From assembly GCA_022605425.2 (NCBI GenBank), contig JAKIMF020000004.1, forward strand, positions 992,001 to 1,056,000: 64,000 nucleotides of DNA, written 5' to 3'. The notes beneath the pieces are model-generated. The model was not told the DNA's origin. It was given only the letters and a program-made list of their open reading frames with translations, and searched no databases. This document shows positions 1 through 11,597 of the stretch, piece by piece (positions within the stretch are counted from its first letter, which is position 1; the number at the start of each line of letters is the position of its first letter). The stretch is from Hamiltosporidium tvaerminnensis FI-OER-3-3 (Eukaryota; Fungi; Microsporidia). A program made the position numbers and the translations under genes.

Positions 1-820
1 TGATTTATTGCTGAATATATTTTAGTTTATAAAGAGGCTTTTACATTTTTCTTTAATTTCGGAATAATTTAAGTTTTAAATCAAACATTATTTATCTATC
101 AAAGTCTTCACAAATTTTCATTTTCATTTGTTTCTTTAGTTATTATTTTCAGCTTCATTGTTATCAATATTATTCTTTCATTTTAAGTTTTATTCTTTTT
201 TATGGTTATAATCTAATTCTTTTTTTAGTTTGAATTATAAATTTGTTATATGGCCAGGAAATTTCATTTTTCTTCGTCATTTCTGCTATAAATTTCTTTG
301 GCGGGGAGGGGGGTTGATTTTTGTTTCGAAATTCTTCTTTTGAAGTTTCTTTTTTTCTATAGTTTAAAAACATCATAAGTTCTAACTTCTAACTTTATGA
401 ATTTTGTTTCTATATTCTTCGAATTTTATTTCCTACATTACATTTTTTTTCTATTTCTGACAGTGCACAATAATAAACACTTATTTGAGCACAATGTCTA
501 TTCGGTTCGTAAGATAAATTCTATCTTAACCATAAGACCGAATCCTTCGATTTCACACCATGACTCTATTTTCATTTCTAATTCGAATAGTACAATATAA
601 TCTCTTTTGTTCTGCAGAGATCTCCTATTTTCATTTTCTTCTCTTACTTCGGTTCCAATGAGTTTTCATTAAAAATAAACCCCCCCTCCCCACATTTATC
701 CTTTATTTCTCTATAATATTTTTTATACCGATGCAAGGACCTATCTAATAAGCATCGTTTCCATTTTCCTATCTCGCTATTTCTGAAGAAGAATATTGCT
801 TCTGAATTTTTCATAATTTC
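1..820 (-). mobile_element. Possible highly degenerate Ty3/gypsy gag-protease remnant
   Basis: Minus-strand broken frames give PGHI (zinc-knuckle-like, ~250) followed by VKTLID (protease-motif-like, ~100). Many stops; boundaries approximate. Confidence 0.3.
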
Positions 821-1163
821 TGGGTTTTTTCGCTCTATAAATACTTTTTTTTGAACAAATTTGTTTCCGGATTAGGAAAATTTGTTTATTCAGACTATTC
901 TATGATATTCTTAGATCTATTTATGGAAGGTGATATCAATTAAATCAATGTCTTTAATGAAATTGGTTGTGAATTGTATTGTTCTAGATTAAAATTACTT
1001 ATTCTCTTAATAAATTGTTGCAAAATTTGGAAATAGAACTGATTCTACACAAAGTTTAATTTTAAGTTTATAAATGTTTATAATGTAGAAACCACATTTT
1101 ATAGAAATAAATTTCATACTATATTTTAAATTTGATTAATTTAAAATTTATGAGGCCAATAAT

Positions 1164-1885
1164 TGTGGAGGGAGGATAACCACATAAAAATCATCTTTTT
1201 GGCAATGATTCTGTGAAATTGGCATGAAGATCATTGTTTTGATTTTTTTGGGAATAAAACTACAATAGATTTCCCTTCATCCATAGAATTTGTATGAGAA
1301 GGAGAAGATCTATGAATAGCGGAACTTTTTCTAAAATTTATTTTCTTTTTTTATGCTACTAGATCGAATACCGCAGTTGAACTTATAGATAATTCCCATT
1401 TAAAAGCATGGAAACCTAGCCTTACTCGCTAGGGTTTGAAGACTTTGCGCCTGAGAAAAAATAAAAACTTTTAAATCCTGGAAAATCCAGTAACAGCTTA
1501 TATATGTTGCCATTTCTTCGTACTGTTTAGATAGAGCCCTGTAAGTCGCATATATATATATATATATATATATTAACTTGAAGTTTATGAGGTTTGAAAA
1601 GGTGGAGTAAGTTGAAATGCTACTTAGTCTTATGGACACATAGAAGGTTTGTCCTTGTGATCATACTCCATGCAACGGACACCAACGTATTAGAGTAACT
1701 AGATCCCTTGTTAGTTAAGTTCTACACACCTGTTAGATGAAAGGTCTTAGGATGTAGGTATCTGAGGGGTCCCAATGATTGTGGAGTGCTGTTATTGATG
1801 ATAAACCTAGAACTGTGTTAACGTCATCAAAACAATATTACACTTGCCACTGTTTTTACACAGTATGATATTTTGAAATAAAAAA
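1164..1885 (+). ncRNA. Copy A of a dispersed ~710-nt structured non-coding repeat family (candidate structured RNA; solo LTR not excluded)
   Basis: Collinear with 51092-51801 through conserved blocks (TAAAAGCATGGAAACCTAGCCTT, ACTCCATGCAACG, TAGATGAAAGG, TAAACCTAGAACTG, ACACTTGCCACT, terminal AATAAA). Equivalent stems retained. No shared ORF. Confidence 0.6.
1550..1573. repeat. (TA)n microsatellite
   Basis: Run of about 12 TA units, lying inside the GAGCCC...GGTTT hairpin of the repeat family. Confidence 0.9.
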
Positions 1886-2749
1886 AAATTTTCAATTATT
1901 GCCGCGTTAAATTCTTCTAAATATTGATTTTAAAAAATTAGAACTTTTGATTTGACAGTATTTTTATTTAATATGTAGTCCGATCCACGTCTAAGGTTCA
2001 TTTTAAGTTCCTAGTGTTTTGTTAATTCTTAATGGCATCATATATATCCTAAGTTTTCCATTCTGTCTTTTAGACTGTAATTTCGGAATACCCAATAAAT
2101 TTCATAACTGTAATTTTAGTGGTATTGGTACCTCTATGTTCATTTAATTTATTTATGCTATAATCTATTATGTTATTTTTCTTAGTTGGCCTGCCATATA
2201 TGATATATCATAATAAACCAAGATAATCTTTCAACAGAGTTACTTTAATCTTTGAATCGAATCTAGTCTTCTTTCGAATATATTTATTAGCTTCGAATGC
2301 ATCACTCGAATATATTTAAATATGCTTTAAAATTTCTTGTTTTTATTATTTAAAGATATTCATAAACTAAGATTTTGAAAATTAAAAGGAAAAATTCTGA
2401 GAATAAATATACTCTGTTTTTAAATTTTAACTTTATAAGTTAAGATCGATGAAAGTAATTGGGAAATTTAAGAAAATTTTTGATGATCTAAAATAATTTC
2501 TACAGGTCTAAGTAAAAATAAATACAGCTAGAATTTCCCAAGTTACTTTGAAAAATGAAAGCAATTTAGCAATGTGCATCTGATATGATTGCCGCTAGTA
2601 CTGCCAATAATTGTTTTAGATATGTCGCTTGTAACATCTGGCACTTTAACAAGTTGAATATTTTTTCCAGTCTTTCTTTATTTAGTTAAAATTGTTTTTC
2701 TAAAAAATCAAATACACAAAACAATTTAACGGATCTAAGTTATATTAAG

Positions 2750-4480
2750 CTTCGTTTAGGAAAAGTCAAATAGAGTGTGCTTATACAGAGTCAAAATACA
2801 CAAATTCTCACATAAAGCTATACTTGAAGTTAATAGAAATGTTAAAGCATCCAAAAGCAAGTTATTATGATAAAAAAACTCTGAGGATCATTAGCGTTTA
2901 CGCGTGTTTGACATATTATATATTTAGAGAAGGAATGGTTGATTATTCTTTTGAAGTAAGGTAAAAAGCAGATTGATTTTTATGTACATCAGGAATTTAT
3001 ATTTCATATTTTACATGATACACATTTTTTGATTTGGCACATTGTAGAAACCATATGGATTAATAGCTAAATTCACAGTATAAAAACATCAGAATAGAAA
3101 TGATAGTAGCCTATCTAATTTATGAATGCCGGACGAAAACAACACAATGTAACAAAAAAGGATTATTCTAAAACATATACTAAGTAACAACATAAATTCG
3201 AGATTTCACATGGAAAAATCAACATGGTCTCGATCTTATGATCCAAAGAAATTCATACTTATATGTCAAGAGCATTACACCTAATTAATGCAGGTTCGAC
3301 TTGTAAAACACAAAAGAGCTGAAAAATTGGCTTATTTGCTCATAAATATTCTTACTATTTCTGGTGAGCCTACTATTTTGCAAAGTGATAATGGCAGGAA
3401 AACAGTAAACAATAAACTAAATAAGTATGCACCATTTGGCCAAAGTCAAAGATGGTGCATAGAATACCAAGACACTCTCAGAGTCAGTTTTCCGTGGAAC
3501 GTGCGAATCGATTGTTGAGAATATGCTTTCATTATGGTTGGATTATGATAACAGAGAAAATGGTCAGAAGGGTTACTTTTTGTTTATATTATAAAAACCT
3601 TTTCTTATCATAGGGGCCACAAGAAAAAACGAATGAAGCAATGAATGAAACAATGTTAAAAAAATTTCGTAAAAGTTTTCTACCTATAGACGTTTTGCCT
3701 TATATAAATTGTAAAAGACTTAGAAACAATATTATAAGACTAAGAAAATTTACAATATATAGAAGAGGCCTCACCATTGAATGAGGTAGCCGATCTAACA
3801 AAGATTCGAATAATATAGAGAATGCATATTCTTTTGATAATATGTTCCGACTTTAACTTCCTTATTATAACCAAATTCTGATTTTCCTTAAATAGAAAGA
3901 AAGATAAACATTTCAGCGCTATTTGATCTTTCGGCCAGTGAAAAAGAAAAAAGTTAGAATGAAGATTATAATGTTCTAGAGAATTTCGATTTGAAAAAAA
4001 TAGTATCGGACATATTGAATAAACAGAGAGATTTCAATAAGCAATCTAAAAAAACAAGCCGAAAATGCTTTGATACTCTAATTCAAAACATTCGTTTGCC
4101 AATAAAAGAAAAACTATAACAGTTCGAGTCAAAAATGTTGACAGAAGTCGCGCCGATAGAAGAAACATTCCTGCATTTCTTCTTATGACAACAGATGCTA
4201 ATTTCCATAAATTAGGCAGGAAACATGGGGGTTTAAATCAATTTTATTCTATAAACTAATTTAAAATATGCAATAAAAAGTTTATTTCTGCAGAATAAAT
4301 CTCTAGATCTGAGATTTACGAAAGGAATGTGCCAGAATGTCATCCAAGACCTAAGTCTAGGATTATAATCACGCGGCTGCAAACTTCGATGCATATCGAA
4401 CAAAAGCAAGTTTCATAAAAAAAGGGGCTTTGTAACTTGAAATGTCACCAAAATGTAGGCTGCTCTAATATATAAGAACG
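2750..4480 (+). mobile_element. Degenerate integrase-type DDE transposase (KRBA2/SCAND3-like, Ginger2/Tdd type)
   Basis: ORF 3288-3518 has KRAEKLAYLLINILTISGEPTILQSDNGR. Downstream frames give PRHSQSQ.SVERAN and a C-terminal CNLKCH...C motif (~4430-4475). Many stops and frameshifts. Confidence 0.75.
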
Positions 4481-5004
4481 CTTGTGAATGCACATATTTT
4501 ATAAATGTACATGTTATTCTCGTTTATGTGCTTTTATCTTGAAATTCTTTAATTCAATAATTTTTCTTCTTATTTTGGCATTTTATACAATATTTAGAAA
4601 AAAATTCTAAAATTATCTGTAACATTTTTTATAATTTTTAATCAGATATTATTTAAAATTGACACAAATAAATATTTTCTATAAAATATTTATTCTTTAA
4701 ATTTTTATATTATTCAACACTGTGAATAATTTTAATATGATATATACGTATTTATCAAATAGTTTTCTAAATGGCGATTAAAATAATAATTTTTAAGAAA
4801 TTAAATTTAGAAAGATACTTTTAAATGAAAATTAAATTTATCAAAATATTTAAATAGGCAACCACACATTCTTATAATATTAATTTAATGCTTGAAAGAA
4901 ATTAAATTTATTCTTTAGGCTTTTGAAAATATATAAGATAGTTTAAACGTTCAAAAAAAAATATTTTACTTAAAATTGTTTCTCTAGATATCATAAAAAA
5001 TCCG

Positions 5005-5935
5005 GAGCAGTGTTCTGCTATATCAAGGATAGAAATGATTTATGGGGTGCAGAAGGTATGTTTCAACACTGCAACCAGTCTATAAAAACAGAAGACCAGG
5101 TAGCAACGAAATGTGAAAAAATGCTTGATCATGACTTATCTAGACGACACAATGAAGTGGTACGATGTATACATTTACTCTTGCTGAATAAATATAAGTT
5201 TAAGTCTATAAAACGAATTAGAAGCCACTCAATTCAAGAAATTCTTGATAAAGAGTATGCATAGATAAGAGTGGACACCAGAATAAAAACCTATGTCAAC
5301 ATTCGGTGTAATAGAGCCGATATATTTATTGGACAAGAAGCAGAATAAGATAACACTCATTGAAGTAGGAATCACATCCCAAGACTCTCATAAAATAGTT
5401 GAAACGGAGAAGCTTAGGTAGTATGGCCTAGTAGCAAATGAATTAGGGCTTATTTATAAATGTAATGTAGATATAATTCCTTATGTGATGACATGGGACG
5501 GTACGGGACAAAATACCATAAGACGAATGTTAAAAGATTACAAATACCCATAAATGTAGAGGCATATATACAATCTATAGTACGCAAGCAGACGGTCGAA
5601 GCAATTTATTTTGATCGACAAAGAGGACTTAATTCTGGCTCGAATGCCGAATAGAGCTAGGAGAGAACATCATTAAGTCTTATTTTAGGAGTTGAGGTGC
5701 ATAAACAACCAATACTCCCTTAAAACCAAGCAGATAACCAGGAAGATGGTGTTAAAACGGAAAATACAAGAAATATTTTACCCCTTATTTTGGATGGCAT
5801 AACCCCAGAAGAGGAACCAACAACTAATACAAATAAGATTCGGACTTGGAGGAAGAGATAGAAGTGGTTGAAATGCTGGAAAAAAAATTTTAAACGAGCG
5901 AAAATTTGTTAACCCATAATTTTATTAAATAAAAG
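5005..5935 (+). mobile_element. 3' fragment of R4/Dong-type REL non-LTR retrotransposon (zinc knuckle plus endonuclease), degenerate
   Basis: ORF 5010-5264 is a paralog of 12172-12530 (RRHNEVVRC.HLLLLN). Ends in the family 3' tail TTTTATTAAATAAAA. Confidence 0.88.
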
Positions 5936-6759
5936 TTAAAACTCCGCAATAAATAAAATATCGATTTTTTGGTAGTATTTGATTGTCTAAACCCTCAAAC
6001 AAGAAATTATACTTTGTTTGCAAATTAACCGATTCTTAATAATGATTTTATATTTAAATAATTTCTTATATGATAACTTTGGATAATATTGATACTATGT
6101 ATTAATGTTTCATTTACAATTTCTTTTTTGTAGTCTGTTTCGATATTATAATTTCTTATAAATAACTTAGGATGGAACTGTAAATTTATATAAAAATGTA
6201 TCTAGTTTTTTTACCTGCTATTTTCAATCCTATAAGTTCAAAATAGTATAATCGCCAAAAATGTGGTGGATTTTAATATCGTATTTTATTTCGTAAGTAT
6301 TTTAAAATTAATTTATTTCAATTTTAAGCAAATAGTTTGCCTAGAACTTTAGAATATCTAAATAATAGGTTGTGTAATTTATTTTCTTATTAAAATTATC
6401 TTTAATTCTAATTTAAAATGCTTTCCTATTTTTTTATATCTTATCATACTTTTTAACCACATTACTTTCCCCTTTTAATTCAAACCTTTTTTTTATTATT
6501 TTTGGTTCAGAAAGTGTGATTTTGCAGGTAATTTTTTTTAGCCTGTTCCTTTCCCCTTGTATTGAACACAATCCACATAATGTTGGAGCTCAGCCGAGGC
6601 CAGTACATTTTTTTTTACTAGTTAGATTATGAGCCCAGCGTAAACCTCTTATTCGAAGGTTAAAGAGTGACCAACCGAGGTCAACTTTGTTGCGGAAATA
6701 AATTCACAAATCCTTACCATTAGAGCAGTAGCGAGTATCAATAGTAGAGGAGTGTAATG

Positions 6760-8290
6760 TTTTTATTTTTTTAGCACCATCTTACTCGTTAGCAGCGTTT
6801 CTTGAAGAAATATTAGTTTTTTGTTTATTTTGTCTTGTTTATGAGCAATCGGTAATAGTCAAACCTACTTTCTTTGAAATTTCGTTTTGAATCAATTCCT
6901 TTTCGCCGATCAAAGGAAATCGTTTCGAGTCTCAACTTATAAATAATCGCTGAACTGATGCCTCTACATTTATGGGTATTTTTGGCCTTTTAAAATACGT
7001 CTTTGTTATTTTATAGCAAAACTGTCCTATATAATTAGGGTTACCAGATTTTTTTAAGCCGATATCGGGACATATGAGTAAAAAGCGCTGAGAAATCGGG
7101 ATTTTAGATGAATGATCGGGTCAACCCCCGCCCAGAAGTACATTTACCTGACCCTGCACATACATAAAACAACAGGTGAAACATATAATAATTACACAGC
7201 ATAATAATTAATATGAATTTTTTTGTTTATTTGGAAAAAAAATTGGGCTGCTGTGTACTGGGCAGGATCTTTTTTCTCTTTTCTATTCGTATTTTTACTT
7301 TCAATAAATGAAATATCTCCAATGAATCTTTTAAAATTAAAAATCGACACCACGTTTTTGAAACCAGAGTTCTCATTTTAGTTGATACTTACTTATTGAT
7401 TCACGTAGAATAAGTAGGTGTAGGCAGAGCCGGTTTATCACAGCGAAATGATCACAAGCAACTGAGACGAAAAAATAGGAGGTGTAGAGATTCAAGACAT
7501 CTGTTTGGTATACAGAAGGAACTTTTCTTGGCAGCAGAGGGATAACTGATACCTCCAGTTTGCCTTCTAAGAACTCCTGACTTATATTCCCGAGTGTTGC
7601 CTTATAGGAATCATTAAATAAACTGTCGGATAATGAAACTGGGAAAATATCGAGACACACAGTGTCCCGACGGGACATTTCGTAAAGGTCTAAAACATCG
7701 GGATTCCCGACCAAATCGGGACATATGGTAACTTTATATATAATACATCTTTATAATCCCAAACTACATTTAAAATAAAACCTAACTCTTTTTCTATTAG
7801 TTTATGTTTCTTCGTGGGTTCTCTTTTAACTCTTATAAGAGCCCCGAGGAGGAATTTCTACTTTTATAAGTAATCTTATTCTGTCTAATGCATAAAACGA
7901 ATATATCTGGCTCATTATTCTGATTTTTGACACCCGTTTTTATTTTAGTGTTCTACTCTGATCTCTACATACCCGTTTTCAAGAATTCTTGAACTAAGTG
8001 ACTCCGTATTTGTTTCTAAGACAAAAATTTATATATATTTTGGTGGAATGATGGCGGTTATCAAACCAGGTCATAAGTTTTCTGGTGAAATCATGTCCAA
8101 ATATGTTCTCATGTCGAGTCTGAAAATATATATTTTTTAATCGAACTAATATAGTGTTGAAACGCATTTCCAGCTCCTTAAAACTCATTTATATCTTAGA
8201 TATAGTGAACATTACTTCATTTTTTGGCCAAACATTACCTCTCTTCAACCATCTTGATGAGTAACTTACACTCACAAGCTCATTTTTTTC
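6760..8290 (-). mobile_element. Degenerate R4/Dong-type fragment, split by a hAT MITE
   Basis: 6901-7030 aligns to 11911-12045 (GATCAAAGGAAAT...GCCTCTACATT.ATGGGTATTT) and the match resumes after 7744. 8230-8290 aligns to 12550-12610. Confidence 0.75.
7036..7736. mobile_element. Non-autonomous hAT element / MITE (Blackjack-like), 701 bp
   Basis: TIRs TAGGGTTACCAGAT / ATATGGTAACTTTA. Perfect 8-bp TSD TATATAAT (7028-7035 and 7737-7744). Subterminal TCGGGA motifs at both ends. Confidence 0.9.
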
Positions 8291-8625
8291 CCTTGCTTTA
8301 TATAACCTTATATGATACTTTCATTTTTTTATTCGTGTATAATTCTATTTTGATGGTTTTAATATTATAAAGAATATCTTTAATTAAAATTTAAAAAACC
8401 ATCATCTTTTTTGTCGTAATTGTTTACAAAATGGAAACACCGTATTAACGACCCGAAAAACTTTTATGGGGGCTGTTTGGCCAAAATAAATGCAAAATTT
8501 TTTAATTAGTTATCTAATTGTAGTCTTTGTATCAGTTTTTTCATTGCCTAATTAAAAAAGTATATTTAATCGAAATTTGAGTTTTAAATATTTCGAAAAG
8601 TAAATTAAACGTACAATATTTTTTC

Positions 8626-9666
8626 GGAGAAGAGATACCCACTTTTATGGTACTAAATTTGCTTTAAAAACAAAAATTTAAAAAAATTACACTTAAATTT
8701 TTATTTATAACATCATGATCCTAACTTGCTAACATTTTCTAACACTGACCAATTTTTTTAATTTAAATATAATGATAAATTTAAGAAATAAATATCTTAA
8801 ACTGCTTTATTAAGAGCTAAACAATCTTGGCATCACACCTAATAATCCATTTTCTCTTTTTTCCAACAGCAAATAATAAATTTAACCAAATTTTTTTATT
8901 CAGTTCGCAATCAATTTGGAATAAACCTCTTAAATGGAGAGAAATTTCTCACAATCTTGTTGGTATGAAGACTGGAATTCGATCAATAAATCCGCGCGAG
9001 TAATTTACTGCCTATGATCAAAATATTTTTCCAAATCACTATATCTTTCCAAGGGTCTGTATAGATTATACTACCTGGCTTCACAAGTTGCAATATTATG
9101 CGGATAATTGTTTCTTTGGTTCTTTCAGAGATAGGTATCAACATTATTTTACGAGCTGGTGTTATTTCAACGAGCCCTAACCTTATTATACTTTTGTTTA
9201 CTAAATTTTAATTCATCAATTTCTACAATGACTTTATTGCTTCAAATATATTCCTTGGTTGTATAAAATTAATTTTGACTTTATCATTCATTTTTTTAAC
9301 TAATGGCTTTAATCTTTTTTTAGAATATCCCCAACAGAAGAATTGTTCTCATTTATGTGTTATTAAGTAAACCACAAACTGTTTATAAAAAATTTTAAGA
9401 TTTTTTTTTATAGTTGCCAAGCAAGTTACCTTTAAAACCAGAAACTTTCTTTTTACATGTAGACCATATAACATTGAAATGATTGATGATTATTACACGA
9501 ACCTTGTTAAAGAAATATAATTGCTGCATTTTGATGCTAAAAAAGTTGGTATATGGCAGTTAAGCCAATCATTAAATTTATTGAAACCAAAACTCATTTA
9601 AAGGGGTAATTTTTTAAAAATATTTTAAAGCGAATTTAGTACCCTAAGGAAGGTATCTTTCACTCT
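8626..9666 (-). mobile_element. Merlin (IS1016/ISXO2-like) DNA transposon with degenerate transposase
   Basis: Imperfect ~44-bp TIRs with core GGTACTAAATT(T/C)GCTTTAAAA. 8-bp TSD ATTTTTTC (8618-8625, 9667-9674). Minus-strand motifs VKPGSIIYTDPWK and HTNKI. Confidence 0.88.
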
Positions 9667-9915
9667 ATTTTTTCCATATATTTCGCTAGTTACCAACTGG
9701 ATCATTAAGGTTAATGCTTATAATCATGATCGGTTGGGTATTTTTTTTTATACTTAAATATTGTATGTTTTTAGGCATAAATAGCTAGTAAAGGAAAATT
9801 TTATTATTTTTATAGCAAATTTTTAATTTAATCAAATATTTTTAACTTGAAAAAAATATATGCGCCTTTGTTTTAAAATATAATTTTAAAAAAATTAAAT
9901 TTCGCACCCATATTT

Positions 9916-9942
9916 ATGAAATATGAAACGTGTAGATATTGA
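9916..9942 (+). promoter_or_regulatory. Out-of-frame uORF (MKYETCRY*) overlapping the eIF5 start, just downstream of a CCC motif
   Basis: ATG at 9916 (T at -3) lies 7 nt before the main ATG at 9923 (A at -3). TGA at 9940-9942. CCC at 9907-9909. Confidence 0.55.
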
Positions 9943-10813
9943 CAGAAACAACAAAGATCCTTTTTATCGCTATAAAATGCCCGGTGTTATGGTAAAAATT
10001 GAAGGTAAGGGTAATGGAATTAAAACAGTTATCGTTAATTTGGAGGAAATAGCACATTCGCTTCGAAGGAAAACTGTTCATATTTTAAAATTTATAAGTT
10101 ATGAGCTTGGTTCAATTTCATTTTTCGATTCAAAAAATGGAAGATATATTGTCAATGGTTCTCATGATACAAATAAAGTTCAAGCAAAAATATACGATTT
10201 TATTGAGATATATGTTATGTGTGATGTATGTAGAAATCCAGAAACTTTTTTTGTTTATGAAAAAACATTAAAGAAAGAGTGTTTGGCCTGTGGAAACAGT
10301 TGTAAAGTAGATGGCCACACTAAAGTAGACAATATTGTAGCTAAGGATTTGGAAAATGATAGCTCCTTTTCCGAACGAGATAAATCTTATTATGATTTAA
10401 CAGTAAATATCGGAGACCAAAATATGGAATTAAAAAATGATTTAAAATCGCTTTTAGATGCAAATTGCAGCGCTGAAGATATTTATAAATGTTTTATGGA
10501 TAATAAAGAGTCCATAGATATTTTTTATCAAAAGGTTTTTCAAATTATTGAGAATAATCCCCGAAAGATATTGGCTTGTTCAATTTTAATTAATGAAAGA
10601 AAAGATGGATGTGTGGAAATATTCAAAGCGCTTGAAATTTATAGTTCGGAAAAAAAATCCTTTGATTTTATTTTTATATCTCTACAGGCTATATTGGATA
10701 ATAAAATAGTGAAGAGATCTGAATGTTTTAAATATTTTCAAACGAAATCAAAATATGTTAGTGAGGAGGATTCGATGAATATTAGAAAAGCTCTTAGTCC
10801 ACTCTGGGATTGA
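9923..10813 (+). CDS. TIF5: Eukaryotic translation initiation factor 5
   Basis: DPFYRYKMP...KIEGKGNGIKTVIVN N-terminus and CxxCRNPET...CLACG zinc ribbon. Confidence 0.95.
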   Translation: MKRVDIDRNNKDPFYRYKMPGVMVKIEGKGNGIKTVIVNLEEIAHSLRRKTVHILKFISYELGSISFFDSKNGRYIVNGSHDTNKVQAKIYDFIEIYVMCDVCRNPETFFVYEKTLKKECLACGNSCKVDGHTKVDNIVAKDLENDSSFSERDKSYYDLTVNIGDQNMELKNDLKSLLDANCSAEDIYKCFMDNKESIDIFYQKVFQIIENNPRKILACSILINERKDGCVEIFKALEIYSSEKKSFDFIFISLQAILDNKIVKRSECFKYFQTKSKYVSEEDSMNIRKALSPLWD

Positions 10814-11597
10814 TCTATTTAATATTAAATGGTTTGTTTTATGTATTTTTTAATAATGAAGAATTATCTATTTACCATGTTAGGAATAACTTTTAATATT
10901 AAAATTTTTTGTTTGGGCTTTCGATGAAACACCCAGCTGAAACAATGGGTTTTTCAAGAAATAAAAATAAATATTTTTGCTCTTAAATAACCAGTTTAAA
11001 ATAGATAGAATAAAGTTTTACTATTATTTAAAGTCGTAATCTTATCGGTCTATTTAATTTATAGAAAATTTTTTCCACTAAATGATGAAGAAAATCATTA
11101 AAACTTTCTTGTAAATTACAAATACATATTTTAAGGTTGAATTTTCAGATTTCTGCCTATCAATCTTTTCTATTCTTCTTTTCACGTTTTTTCCTTTATA
11201 TTTTCTTACTTGTTTTTAATTTTTATACAAGGATTTCTTTAGAAGAAAGGAGGCAAAAAAATATGTCAAACAACTATAAAAAGATAGTTTAAATCTATAG
11301 AATCATTATAGCAAACATTTTGTTTTGTTTAATGTATCTTTATATGTATTTAGAATGTTCTTTAATTCGAATTTAAAACTCTTTATACCAAATAGAGATA
11401 ATTGTGAAAATAAGGAAAGGCAAAAAATAGCTTTTTAAAAGCATTACATACCTAAACAATCTATAAAAAGCTCAAAGTTTGGTTTTGAAGACGAAAAAAC
11501 ATGCGAAACGTTGTAATAAGAAAATATTTTTAACATTATTGAAATTTTCAATAGCAACATGGTAACAATTAAAAGCAGGTTTTAAAGGAAGAATAAA

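Noticed and set aside
7373-7714. 113-aa ORF
   Set aside because: Non-ATG start inside a non-coding hAT MITE, with no transposase motifs.
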